A DNA stretch of 64,000 bases from Candidatus Eiseniibacteriota bacterium (GCA_963707915.1 OY970178.1:3456001-3520000); one strand, 5' to 3'; shown: positions 10,080-21,306, counted from the stretch's first letter. The notes: generated from the sequence alone by a model not told the origin. Made by a program: numbers and translations.

Positions 10080-10502
10080 TTGGCGCTCGAACGCACCCTC
10101 TTCATCGTCAAGCCGGACGCGGTCCGGCGGAACCTCATCGGCCGGATCCTCGCGCACGTCGAGGCGCAGGACTTCCACGTCGCCGAGGCCCGGCTGGCCC
10201 GGCTCACGCGCGAAGAGGCCCAGACCTTCTACGCGGAGCACCTCGGCAAGCCGTTCTTCAACGACCTGGTGGAGTACATGACCTCCGGTCCCGTGCTGCT
10301 GGTCTGCCTGGAGCGGGAGGGGGCCGTAGCCGAGCTGCGGCAGGTGGTGGGGGCGACGGACCCGGCGCAGGCGGCCCCCGGCACGGTGCGGAATCTGTTC
10401 GGTGAGAGCAAACAGTCCAACTCGGTTCATGCCTCGGACAGCCCGGCCAGCTCCGAGCGCGAGGTGAGGTTCTTCTTCGGGACCGCGGCCCTGGTCCGGT
10501 GA
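10080..10502 (+). CDS. ndk: Nucleoside diphosphate kinase
   Basis: ERTLFIVKPD, NSVHASDS; TTG start after an AAGGAG RBS. Confidence 0.96.
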   Translation: MALERTLFIVKPDAVRRNLIGRILAHVEAQDFHVAEARLARLTREEAQTFYAEHLGKPFFNDLVEYMTSGPVLLVCLEREGAVAELRQVVGATDPAQAAPGTVRNLFGESKQSNSVHASDSPASSEREVRFFFGTAALVR

Positions 10503-10668
10503 AGGATCGGTCACTGGGTCGGGCCGGGCGCCCCGGCGCCCGGCCCGGCACTCCCCAAGTCCCACCGGGGCAGCGTCCTGGCCGGGCCCGAAAGCCGGGT
10601 GGACGCGGCTCTCGGGCCTGTGCTAACTTCCCCGTGTTCCACACCCCGCTTCGGCGGGTTTGTCTTGT

Positions 10669-11148
10669 ATGTCCAGATTTGCCATAGATCTCGGCTCGCT
10701 CTCGCCGGGCCTGACCCGCGTCGAGCTCGAGGCTGCGGCCCAGGAACTCGACCTGCCGACCGACGGTTGGGCAGGCCCGGTCCGGGGCGTGTTCGAAGTC
10801 GAGAAGTCGGGCGAGAAGATGACGGTCCGCGGCTCGGTGGCCGCGACCGCGCGGCTCGGGTGCGTGCGTTGCCTGGCGGAGTTCGACCTGCCGGTCCAGG
10901 CGACGTTGGAAGTCTTCGCGGAACGTTCCGGCGGCAGCCGGAAGCACGGCCGCGACGAGGAAGCGCTCGAACGCGACGACTACATGAAGTTCCATGACGG
11001 GCGGACGCTCGACCTGCGCGAAGACGCGCGCGAGCTGCTGCTGCTGGAGCTCCCGATGGTCCCGCATTGCCGGGAGGACTGCCGGGGGCTGTGTCCGAGG
11101 TGCGGCGCGGACTTGAACGCGGGGCCCTGCGGGTGCCCGCGCGCGTGA
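10669..11148 (+). CDS. yceD: YceD/DUF177 family protein
   Basis: CVRCL and CREDCRGLCPRCGADLN motifs; position upstream of rpmF. Confidence 0.9.
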   Translation: MSRFAIDLGSLSPGLTRVELEAAAQELDLPTDGWAGPVRGVFEVEKSGEKMTVRGSVAATARLGCVRCLAEFDLPVQATLEVFAERSGGSRKHGRDEEALERDDYMKFHDGRTLDLREDARELLLLELPMVPHCREDCRGLCPRCGADLNAGPCGCPRA

Positions 11149-11187
11149 GCCGGCTCCGGACGGTTTGATCGAGGAGGAAGAAACGCC

Positions 11188-11370
11188 ATGGCGGTACCCA
11201 AGCGGAGACATTCCAGCACCCGCGGAAAGAAGCGCCGCACGAACTGGAAGCTCAAGCAGCCGGGGCTCAACACCTGCGGCCACTGCAGCTCTCCCAAGCA
11301 GCCGCACCGGATCTGTCCGAACTGCGGCTGGTACGACGGCGAAGAGATCGTCACGCCGCGCGAGGACTAG
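11188..11370 (+). CDS. rpmF: 50S ribosomal protein L32 (Zn-binding type)
   Basis: MAVPKRR..S..RG.KRR, CxxC...HRICPNCG.Y. Confidence 0.97.
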   Translation: MAVPKRRHSSTRGKKRRTNWKLKQPGLNTCGHCSSPKQPHRICPNCGWYDGEEIVTPRED

Positions 11371-11388
11371 GGGCATTCCGGGACCCGC

Positions 11389-12417
11389 ATGATGGCGGAC
11401 TCGGTCCCCCACATCGGTATCGATGCCATGGGAGGTGACCACGGCCCTCAGGCTGTGGTCGATGGCGTCGTGCTCGCCCAGCGCCAGATGCCGGGCCGTT
11501 TCCGCGTCACCCTGGTGGGCGACGAGCCCGAGATCCGCGCCGCGCTCGGCCATGCCCACCCGGGCCTGCCCATCGAGGTGGTGCACGCGGCCGAGCGCAT
11601 CGAGATGTCCGAGAAGGCGGCGAGCGCGGCCCGGCGCAAGAGCGGTTCCTCGCTCGGCGTGCTGACCCAGCTCCACAAGGACGGCAAGGTGGACGCCATC
11701 TTCAGCGCCGGGAACACGGGCGCGCTGGTGGCCACCTCGCTGCTCGGCCTGGGCCGCATCGAGTCGGTCTCGCGCCCGGCGCTGGCCGCGCTCATGCCCA
11801 ACCCGATCGGCGGCACGGTGGTGCTCGACGTGGGGGCCAACTCCGACTGCAAGCCCTCGTGGCTGGTCCAGTTCGCCCACATGGGCTCGGTCTACGCGCG
11901 CTACCTGATGGGCCGCAAGGAGCCGCGGGTCGGGCTGCTCTCGATCGGCGAAGAGGACACCAAGGGCAATTCCCTGGTGCTGGAGACGTTGCCGCTGCTG
12001 CGTCGCGCCCGGCACCTGAACTTCGTCGGCAACGTCGAGGGGCGCGACGTCCTCCAGGGAACCTGCGACGTCGTGGTGACGGACGGCTTCACCGGCAACG
12101 TGGTGCTGAAGACCGCCGAGGGCGTGGCGACCATGCTGGGGCACAAGGTGAAGGACGAGCTCAAGCGGGACCTGCTCGCGCGCGTCGGGGCCCTGTTCCT
12201 GCTGCCCGCGCTCAAGCGCGTCAAGGCCGAGGTGGACTGGGAGGAATACGGCGCCGCGCCCCTGCTCGGGGTGAACGGGGTCTGCTTCGTCGGGCACGGC
12301 TCGAGCGGGCCGCGGGCCGTCTGCAGCGCGATCCGCACCCTGGGCCGGTTCGTGGAGCTGCAGGTGAACGATCGCATTCGCGAGGAGATCGAGGCGGACC
12401 ATGACTCGGCGGCCTGA
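11389..12417 (+). CDS. plsX: Phosphate acyltransferase PlsX
   Basis: IDAMGGDHGP, SAGNTGA, LDVGAN, DGFTGNVVLK. Confidence 0.96.
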   Translation: MMADSVPHIGIDAMGGDHGPQAVVDGVVLAQRQMPGRFRVTLVGDEPEIRAALGHAHPGLPIEVVHAAERIEMSEKAASAARRKSGSSLGVLTQLHKDGKVDAIFSAGNTGALVATSLLGLGRIESVSRPALAALMPNPIGGTVVLDVGANSDCKPSWLVQFAHMGSVYARYLMGRKEPRVGLLSIGEEDTKGNSLVLETLPLLRRARHLNFVGNVEGRDVLQGTCDVVVTDGFTGNVVLKTAEGVATMLGHKVKDELKRDLLARVGALFLLPALKRVKAEVDWEEYGAAPLLGVNGVCFVGHGSSGPRAVCSAIRTLGRFVELQVNDRIREEIEADHDSAA

Positions 12418-12465
12418 CGCGGTGCGCGGCGCCACGCCCGTGGGCGCGGCGGACGGGAGGGCCTC

Positions 12466-13422
12466 GTGAGGCTGGCGTTCCTGTTCCCGGGCCAGGGGGC
12501 CCAGGCGGTCGGCATGGGCAAGGCCCTCGCCGAGGCCTTCCCCGCGGCCCGCGAGGTCTTCGCCGAGGCCGACGAGGCGCTGGGCTTCCGGCTCTCCGAG
12601 ATCTGCTGGGAGGGCCCGGCCGAGCGCCTCAAGGAGACGCGCTTCACCCAGCCGGCGCTGCTCACGCACAGCGTGGCGGCCTGGCGCCTGGCGGACCAGG
12701 CGGGCCTGCGGCCCGAGTGGACCGCGGGGCACAGCCTGGGCGAGTACTCGGCCTGCGTGGCCGCCGGGGCGCTCGGATTCCGCGACGCCGTGCGGCTCGT
12801 TCACCTGCGCGGCACGTTGATGTTCGAGGCCGGGCAGCGGCGGCCGGGGACCATGGCGGCGCTGCTGGGCGTGGACCGCGAGGTGGCGGAGCGCATCTGC
12901 AGCGCGGCGGCGGCGCACGGCATCGCGGTGCCGGCGAATCTCAACGCCCCGGGACAGGTCGTGATCTCGGGGGAGCGTCCCGCGGTCGAGGAGGCCGTGC
13001 GGATCGCCCCCGGGCTCGGTGCCAAGCGCGCCGTGATGCTCGAGGTGAGCGGCGCGTTCCACTCGCCGCTGATGGAGTCGGCGGCCCACGGCCTGGCCGA
13101 GGCGCTCGACGCGACGGCGTTCCGCGAGCCCCGCTGTCCGGTGGTGGCCAACGTCTCGGCCGCCGCGCTGACGCGGGCGGACGAGATCCGTGATGCCCTG
13201 AAGCGCCAGGTGCTGGGGGCGGTGCGCTGGGAGGATTCCATGCGCCACCTGCTCGCGGCGGGCGCCGAGGGGTTCGTGGAGCTCGGCACCGGCCGCGTGC
13301 TGCGCGGGCTGTTGCGGAGCATCGAGAAGGCCGCAGCATCCTGGAACATCGAGGACCCCGCGACGCTCGAAGCCACGCTGGGCGAGTTGGGCGTGCCGCG
13401 CGCGGTCCCGGAGGGCGCCTGA
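12466..13422 (+). CDS. fabD: Malonyl-CoA:ACP transacylase
   Basis: FPGQGAQ, GHSLGEY, VSGAFHS. Confidence 0.96.
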   Translation: MRLAFLFPGQGAQAVGMGKALAEAFPAAREVFAEADEALGFRLSEICWEGPAERLKETRFTQPALLTHSVAAWRLADQAGLRPEWTAGHSLGEYSACVAAGALGFRDAVRLVHLRGTLMFEAGQRRPGTMAALLGVDREVAERICSAAAAHGIAVPANLNAPGQVVISGERPAVEEAVRIAPGLGAKRAVMLEVSGAFHSPLMESAAHGLAEALDATAFREPRCPVVANVSAAALTRADEIRDALKRQVLGAVRWEDSMRHLLAAGAEGFVELGTGRVLRGLLRSIEKAAASWNIEDPATLEATLGELGVPRAVPEGA

Positions 13423-14204
13423 TGGAACCGAACGTGGAGCGGACCGTGGCCGGTGAGGGGCGCGAGCTGGCGGGCCAGGTCGCCTTCGTGACCGGTGGCG
13501 CGGCGGGGATCGGGCTGGCGATCGCGAGGACGCTGGGGGCGCGGGGTGCGTGCCTGGCGCTCTTCGATCGCGATGCGGCCGCCGTGACGACCGCCGCCGA
13601 GGAGCTGCGCTCGCTGGGGATCGAGGCGCGCGCGCAGGCGGTGGACGTGGCCGACGCCGCTGCGGTGGAGGCCTCGTTCCAGGGGGCGGCCGAGGCCTGC
13701 GGCCGCGTGGACATCCTGGTGAACAACGCCGGGATCACGCGCGACGGGCTGCTCGTCCGGATGACGGACGAACAGTGGGACCAGGTGCTGGCGGTGAACC
13801 TCAAGGGCGCCTTCAACGGGTGCCGCGCGGTCGCGCGGCCCATGATGAAGGCGCGCTACGGCCGCATCGTGAACATCTCGTCCGTGGTGGGGCTGATGGG
13901 CAACAGCGGGCAGGCCAACTACGCGGCCTCCAAGGCCGGGTTGCTGGGACTGAGCCGCTCGCTGGCCCGCGAGCTGGCGTCGCGGGGCATCACGGTGAAC
14001 GCGGTCTGCCCGGGCTTCATCGAGACCCGGATGACGGCGAGCCTGCCCGAGACGGCGCGCGCGGAGCTGCAGGCCCGCATCCCGCTCGGGCGTCTGGGCC
14101 AGCCGGAGGACGTGGCGGAGGTCGTGGCGTTCCTGGCCTCGCCGCGCGCCGGCTACGTGACCGGCCAGACGTGGGCGGTGGATGGTGGGATGGTGATGGA
14201 GTAG
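13422..14204 (+). CDS. fabG: 3-oxoacyl-ACP reductase
   Basis: [17 protein letters not shown]; fab operon context. Confidence 0.95.
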   Translation: MEPNVERTVAGEGRELAGQVAFVTGGAAGIGLAIARTLGARGACLALFDRDAAAVTTAAEELRSLGIEARAQAVDVADAAAVEASFQGAAEACGRVDILVNNAGITRDGLLVRMTDEQWDQVLAVNLKGAFNGCRAVARPMMKARYGRIVNISSVVGLMGNSGQANYAASKAGLLGLSRSLARELASRGITVNAVCPGFIETRMTASLPETARAELQARIPLGRLGQPEDVAEVVAFLASPRAGYVTGQTWAVDGGMVME

Positions 14205-14287
14205 CCGCCGGCGCGGGGTTACCCACGCGGGGCGTGGGTCCGCCCGGATGGTCTTGGGATGGACAACCCAGTCAGGAGGTATCGACC

Positions 14288-14530
14288 GTGGCAGCATTCT
14301 CGGAAGACCGCGTGAAGGAGATCATCGCCAAGGAGCTGGAAGTCGGAGTCCAGCAGCTGGCCCCCGAGGCGAAGTTCATCGAGGACCTGGGCGCCGACTC
14401 CCTGGACATCGTCGAGCTGGTGATGGCCCTGGAGGAGGAGTTCGGGCTGGACATCCCGGACGAGGACGCCGAGAAGATGAAGACGGTCGGCGATGCGATG
14501 AACTACCTGAAGGCCCACGCGACCGCCTAA
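14288..14530 (+). CDS. acpP: Acyl carrier protein
   Basis: [23 protein letters not shown] start after AGGAGGT. Confidence 0.97.
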   Translation: MAAFSEDRVKEIIAKELEVGVQQLAPEAKFIEDLGADSLDIVELVMALEEEFGLDIPDEDAEKMKTVGDAMNYLKAHATA

Positions 14531-15755
14531 CGGACGGCGGACGGCCGGACGCCGGCAGGAATGGCCGTGCCCCCGCCGCGGGGGGCGGCCAGGGCTGGTG
14601 ACCCGGGACGCGAAAAGGATGTGACATGGCAGATCATGAGCGCCGCGTGATGGTCACGGGTGTCGGCGTGGTGTCGCCGCTCGGAAACGACGTCGAAATG
14701 CTCTGGGCGAACCTCCTGGCGGGAGTGTCGGGCGCTGGCCCCATCACCCGCTTCGATGCGTCGAACCTGGACACCCGCTTCGCCTGCGAGGTGAAGGACT
14801 TCTCGACCGAGGGCGTGCTGGACCGCAAGGACTCCAAGCGGATGGATCGCTTCGTGCAGTACGGAGTCGTGGCAGCCCACGGGGCCATGCAATGGGCGCG
14901 GCTGGACCCGGACGCGGTGGACCGCGACCGGGTCGGCGTCGTGATCGGTTCGGGCATCGGCGGGATGGAGACGTTCGAGACCCAGCACCGGAACCTGATC
15001 GAAAAGGGCCCCGGCCGGGTCAGTCCCTACTTCATCCCGATGATGATCTCGGACATGGCGGCCGGGCAGGTCTCGATCCGCTTCGGCCTCCGCGGCCCGA
15101 ACTTCGGCACGGTCTCGGCATGCGCCTCCGGGGCGCACGCGATCGGCGAGTCCCTCCGGCTCCTGCGCGCCGGGGACGCGGACGTGATGATCTGTGGTGG
15201 CGCGGAGTCCACCATCACACCCATGGCGATCGCCGGCTTCTGCTCGGCGCGCGCTCTCTCCACTCGAAACGACGACCCTCAACACGCCAGCCGCCCATTC
15301 GATCGTGATCGGGACGGCTTCGTGATCGGCGAAGGCGCCGGTGTGCTCGTACTCGAGACCGAGGCCCATGCCCGGCGCCGTGGTGCGCCGGTGTTGTGCG
15401 AACTCGGCGGCTACGGGGCCTCGGCGGACGCCTTCCACCTGACCGCACCTGCGGAAGATGGGAACGGCGCCGCGCGCGCCATGCGGCGCGCGCTCCAGGA
15501 CTCGGGCCTGGCTCCCGAAGACGTGGGCTACATCAACTCGCACGGTACTTCGACGCCCGCCGGTGACCCGGTCGAGGTGCAGGCCGTGAAGTCCGTCTTC
15601 GGTGAGCACGCCTATCGCCTGATGATGAACTCCACCAAGTCCATGACCGGGCACCTGCTGGGTGCCGCCGGAGGGCTCGAGGCGGTGATCACCGCCCTGG
15701 TGCTGGCGCGCGGGATCGTCCCACCTACGATCAACCTGGAAAACGCGGATCCCCG

Positions 15756-17519
<1,764 letters not shown>

Positions 17520-17530
17520 GCGACGCCGAC

Positions 17531-17573
17531 AGAAACACGGACGGGCGGCAGGGACTCCTGCCGCCCGTCCGTG
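17531..17573 (-). terminator. Intrinsic terminator (17-bp perfect stem); U-tract on the minus strand, probably bidirectional
   Basis: cacggacgggcggcagg-gact-cctgccgcccgtccgtg; the minus strand continues TTTCT. Confidence 0.8.
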
Positions 17574-17576
17574 CCT

Positions 17577-17723
17577 TCAGCGCCGGGCGATCTTCCGTTC
17601 CGGAAGACCTGGGGGATCCGGCCGCTCCCCGGGGGACATGGGGACCTGGCCGGGCCCGGCGCTCCGGAAATCAAGGAAGCGAGGGGCTTGCGCCCCCCGC
17701 TTCAAGACTGTCGCCACGCGCAT
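17577..17723 (-). CDS. Possible 48-aa small ORF (MRVATVLKRG...KIARR) inside the candidate sRNA
   Basis: ATG at 17723 with GAGGGG upstream; stop immediately before the terminator; no recognisable motif. Confidence 0.2.
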   Translation of the reverse strand: MRVATVLKRGAQAPRFLDFRSAGPGQVPMSPGERPDPPGLPERKIARR

Positions 17724-17801
17724 TCAAGACAGGCCCCTCGGATCTTCCGTGTCCGTCATGTGGTGACGACAGAAACCATGCTTGTCTTCACGGTTGACCA
17801 A

Positions 17802-17817
17802 AGCACCCAGGATGCCA
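17802..17817 (-). promoter_or_regulatory. Sigma54 (-24/-12) promoter
   Basis: Minus strand TGGCATCCTGGGTGCT, with exact GG-N10-GC spacing. Confidence 0.7.
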
Positions 17818-17931
17818 ACGTCGGAAATCGCGCGGATGAGATGTCTATATTGCTACAGGGCAAACACTTGGTGCGATACGTGCGGTGGCGATCCGCACCG
17901 GTTCGGAGGGGGATGAAGGCGGCTAGAACGG

Positions 17932-18029
17932 GACATCATGTCGCACTTGATGGTCGTCATGCAGCAATCTATTGCGGTGCATCTAGTTGAATGAGCGCGA
18001 CAATGTGACGCTGATGGGGACAATATGTC
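17932..18029. promoter_or_regulatory. Three GACA-N3-TGTC-like palindromes (putative enhancer/UAS sites)
   Basis: GACATCATGTC (17932), GACAATGTGAC (17999), GACAATATGTC (18019) in an AT-rich tract upstream of the sigma54 promoter. Confidence 0.55.
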
Positions 18030-19457
18030 CTAGTCAGTGCCTTCGTTGCGCCGTTGGCGCTCGGCTCGCCGGTGGAGGGTCCGGCGGGAGATCCCCAGGA
18101 TCTTGGCGGCCCGGGTCTGGTTTCCCTTCGCGTGGTCGAGCACGTGCTCGACGTAGCGCTCGATCATGGCCTCCAGCGGCGGGAGTCCGGATTCCAGGGC
18201 GGGGAACTCCGGCACCGGCTGGATACCGTGGAGCCTGGGTGGGAGGGACTCCGGCGTGATGAAGCCGTGCGTGGACATGAGCACCGCCCGTTCCAGCACG
18301 TTCTCCAGCTCGCGCACGTTGCCGGGCCAGGGGTAGGCCTTGAGCAGGCTGAAGGCCTCGGCGGACACGCGGGGCGACACCTTTCCGGTCTCGTGCTCGT
18401 AGTCGCGCAGGAAGTGCTCGACCAGCATCTCGACGTCATGCGCTCCGCGTTCCCGCAGCGGCGGCAGGGAGATCGAGACCACGTTCAGCCGGTAGAACAG
18501 GTCCTCGCGAAACAGCCCGCGCTGCACCATCTCGTCGAGGTTGCGGTGCGTGGCGCCGACGAGCCGCACGTCCACTTCGTGCTCCTCGTTCCCGCCCACC
18601 GGCTTGATGCGATGCTCCTGGATCACCCGTAGGAGCTTGGCCTGGAGCGGCTGCGAGAGGTCGCCGATCTCGTCGAGGAACAACGTGCCCCGGTGCGCCT
18701 CGTCGAAGAGCCCGCGTCGGGCGGTCATGGCCCCCGTGAACGCGCCCCGCACGTGGCCGAACATCTCGCTCTCCAGCAGGCCCTCGGGGATGGCCGAGAC
18801 GTTCACCGCGACGAAGCGCTCCGCGTGGCGCGGACTGCGCTTGTGGAGCATCCGCGCCACCAGTTCCTTGCCGGTGCCGCTCTCCCCCAGGATCAGCACG
18901 TTGGTCCGGCTCGGGGCGACGCGCTGCAGCACCTTGTAGACCTCGAGCATCTGCGGCGAGGAGCCGACGATCTCCCCGGTCGGGAGCCGCTTGCTGACCT
19001 CGCGCTGCAGGTGCCGCACCTCCTCGGCCATGCGCTTCTTCTCGATCGCGCGGCGCAGGAGGGCGCCCATGACCTCGAGCTGGGGGGGCTTCGCGAGGTA
19101 GTCGTAGGCGCCGCCTTTGATCGCCTCCATGGCGGTGTCGATGGTGCCCTTGCCGGTGATGAGCACGACCGGGATCTCGGGAGAGTCCGCCTGCACTTGC
19201 CGGAGCAGGTCGAGGCCGCTCCGCCCGGGGGTGCGGAAATCGAGGTCCGTGAGGACGACGTCGTAGGAATCCCGGAGGAGCTGGCCGGCGGCCTCGTCCA
19301 CGCTGGCGGCGATGGTGGGGGCATGACCGAGCGCCTCGGCCATGCGGGCGATGGCCTGTGCCACGTCCAGGTCGTCGTCCACGACGAGGATCCGGGCGGG
19401 CGGCTGGCCGGCGACGGGGGCCGTCGGTTCCGGCGGGATGGAGTCGTTCGCGCTCAC
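18030..19457 (-). CDS. NtrC-family sigma54-dependent response regulator (REC-AAA+-Fis HTH)
   Basis: ILVVDDD receiver, GESGTGKE, GAFTGA, LFLDEIG, WPGNVRELEN, GNQTRAAKILGISRRTL. Confidence 0.96.
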   Translation of the reverse strand: MSANDSIPPEPTAPVAGQPPARILVVDDDLDVAQAIARMAEALGHAPTIAASVDEAAGQLLRDSYDVVLTDLDFRTPGRSGLDLLRQVQADSPEIPVVLITGKGTIDTAMEAIKGGAYDYLAKPPQLEVMGALLRRAIEKKRMAEEVRHLQREVSKRLPTGEIVGSSPQMLEVYKVLQRVAPSRTNVLILGESGTGKELVARMLHKRSPRHAERFVAVNVSAIPEGLLESEMFGHVRGAFTGAMTARRGLFDEAHRGTLFLDEIGDLSQPLQAKLLRVIQEHRIKPVGGNEEHEVDVRLVGATHRNLDEMVQRGLFREDLFYRLNVVSISLPPLRERGAHDVEMLVEHFLRDYEHETGKVSPRVSAEAFSLLKAYPWPGNVRELENVLERAVLMSTHGFITPESLPPRLHGIQPVPEFPALESGLPPLEAMIERYVEHVLDHAKGNQTRAAKILGISRRTLHRRAERQRRNEGTD

Positions 19458-19569
19458 GGGGCCCCATGATGCGCGTGAGCCTTCCGTCGCGCAAACCGCG
19501 GGGGCGGCGCGGGCCCCGCGGCGGCTTCCGCGCTGGCCGCCACGGCGCGGCGCGTGCTAGGCTCGGGTG

Positions 19570-21300
19570 GTGATGTCATCCGTCGCACGCGTCCTCAGCC
19601 TCATCCTCCTCGCGGCCGCGACGGCGGGGCTGCCCGTCCGGGCGGCCGGATTCCCTGCCGTCCCCGGCCCGGACGCTGCCCGGCCCGGCGACCGATCCGG
19701 AACCGCGGCCCCGGCCCCGGACGCCGCGGGGGCGCTCGACCACTATCTCTCCGGCCTGCTGTTGGAAGAACGCGGGATCGAGGCGGACGCGCTCGAGGAG
19801 TACCTGCAGGCGCTCCGCCTGGATCCGGGGCGGCCCGGGATCGAGCTCCGGGTGAGCGAGATCGCGGGTCGGCTCGGACAGTCGGAGCGCTCGCTCGAAT
19901 ATGCCCGGCTCGTGCTCGAACACGATCCCGGCGATGCGCGCGCCGCCTGGCTGCAGGGCAGCGCGCTGTTCAACCTGGGACGGCCCCAGGAGGCGCTGGA
20001 GGCGCTCCGCGCCGCCGTGGCCGCCGATTCGCAGCAGGTGGACTACTGGAGGACGCTGGCCCGCGTCGCCGACCTGCTCGACCAGCCCGACCTGGCGGCC
20101 CGGGGGTGGCGCCACGCCGTCGCGCTCGACGCGGACGACGGGGAGGCCTGGTTCCAGCTGGCCGCGATCGAGACGCGCTGGGGCCACTTCGTGCTCGCCG
20201 ACTCCCTCCTGAGCGAGGCGGTGGCGATCAACCCGGTGCGGCCGGGCGCGCTCTTCCTCGCCGGCTGGATCCAGGACGGCCTCGGGCACCCGACGGAGGC
20301 CATGCGACTCTACCGTCAGCACCTGGAGCTCCATCCTGCCGACCAGGTCACCCGGCGCCGCCTGGTGCGCCTGCTGGTGGGCGCGGGGCGGTACGCCGAG
20401 GCCTACGACGAGGTTCGAGTCGTGCGACGGGCGGAGCCCGACGATATCGAGGCGATCGGCGTCGAGGCCGACCTGGCGCTGCGCCTCGGCCACGCCGACC
20501 GGGCCGGCGAGCTGCTGGACGAGTTGGTGGCGTCCGACCCGGCCGACCCGGCCCGCGTGGCGCAGGTGGCCGGCATCCTCACGCGGCGCGGTCGCGAACG
20601 CCAGGCCCTGGCGCTGGTGGAGGACTGGAGCCGGGGCCACGCCGCCGACTACCGCGGCCTGATGCTCCTGGCCCAGATGCGCGCAGAGACCGGCGACACC
20701 GCCGGGGCCGAAGCGGTGGCGCGGCGCGCCGTCGAGATCGTCCCGGACTCGCTGGCGCCGCGCTTCCTGCTGGGGGGGCTGATGCAGGCGCGCGGCCGGT
20801 TCGCCGCGGCCGAATCCCTGTGGGCGGACCTGGTGCTCCGGGGACGGGCTCCGGCGCGGGCGGGGCTGCAACTGGCCTATTGCCGCGAACGGATGGGCGA
20901 CGTGGACGGCGCGGTGCGCGCGGTCCGCGAGGTGCTTGCCCGCGAGCCCGGGAGCAGCGAGGCGCTCAATTCCCTGGGGTACCTCCTCGCCGATCACGGG
21001 CGCGACCTGGCCGAGGCGGAGGACCTGGTTCGAAGGGCCCTGGCGCAGGAGCCGGACAACGGCGCCTACCTGGATTCGAGGGGTTGGGTCTACTATCGGC
21101 TCGGCCGGCTGGCGGAGGCGCGAGCGGACCTCGAACGGGCGGCCGAGTTGACCGACGGGGACCCGGTGGTCTGCGAGCACCTGGGTGACGTCTACAAGGA
21201 CTTGAACCTCACCGACTTGGCGAGGGAGCAGTACGCGCGGAGCCTGAGCCGGGACCCGGGCAACGCCCGGCTCCGGGACAAGCTGTCCAGGTTGCGCTGA
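19570..21300 (+). CDS. Exported tetratricopeptide repeat protein
   Basis: Signal peptide; multiple TPRs; ALNSLGYLLAD...YLDSRGWVYY...EHLGD C-terminal pattern. Start could be 19567, 19570 or 19573. Confidence 0.88.
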   Translation: MMSSVARVLSLILLAAATAGLPVRAAGFPAVPGPDAARPGDRSGTAAPAPDAAGALDHYLSGLLLEERGIEADALEEYLQALRLDPGRPGIELRVSEIAGRLGQSERSLEYARLVLEHDPGDARAAWLQGSALFNLGRPQEALEALRAAVAADSQQVDYWRTLARVADLLDQPDLAARGWRHAVALDADDGEAWFQLAAIETRWGHFVLADSLLSEAVAINPVRPGALFLAGWIQDGLGHPTEAMRLYRQHLELHPADQVTRRRLVRLLVGAGRYAEAYDEVRVVRRAEPDDIEAIGVEADLALRLGHADRAGELLDELVASDPADPARVAQVAGILTRRGRERQALALVEDWSRGHAADYRGLMLLAQMRAETGDTAGAEAVARRAVEIVPDSLAPRFLLGGLMQARGRFAAAESLWADLVLRGRAPARAGLQLAYCRERMGDVDGAVRAVREVLAREPGSSEALNSLGYLLADHGRDLAEAEDLVRRALAQEPDNGAYLDSRGWVYYRLGRLAEARADLERAAELTDGDPVVCEHLGDVYKDLNLTDLAREQYARSLSRDPGNARLRDKLSRLR

Positions 21301-21306
21301 CCACAC

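Larger units (their letters stand above)
17531..17791 (-). ncRNA. Candidate sigma54-dependent structured small RNA (~260 nt)
   Basis: Lies between a -24/-12 promoter and a terminator; contains a 12-bp GCAA-tetraloop hairpin (17676-17703) and a multibranch domain closed by a 10-bp stem; G-U pairs form only on the minus strand. Confidence 0.6.

Noticed and set aside
17589..17612. CAGGTCTTCCGGAACGGAAG as SRP (4.5S) RNA domain IV; also considered 6S RNA, tmRNA and RNase P for this region
   Set aside because: Lacks the conserved GGAAG..AGCAG internal loop, tRNA-like ends and P4 signature; no single long rod fold. A cmscan is still needed to exclude these formally.
17724..17726. In-frame UGA between the 11-aa and 48-aa ORFs as selenocysteine or readthrough
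   Set aside because: No redox motif context and no recognisable bacterial SECIS immediately downstream.
17571..17990. 139-aa plus-strand ORF filling the rnc-regulator gap
   Set aside because: Starts inside the terminator stem, has atypical codon usage and no motif; promoter, terminator and G-U strand asymmetry all point to the minus strand.
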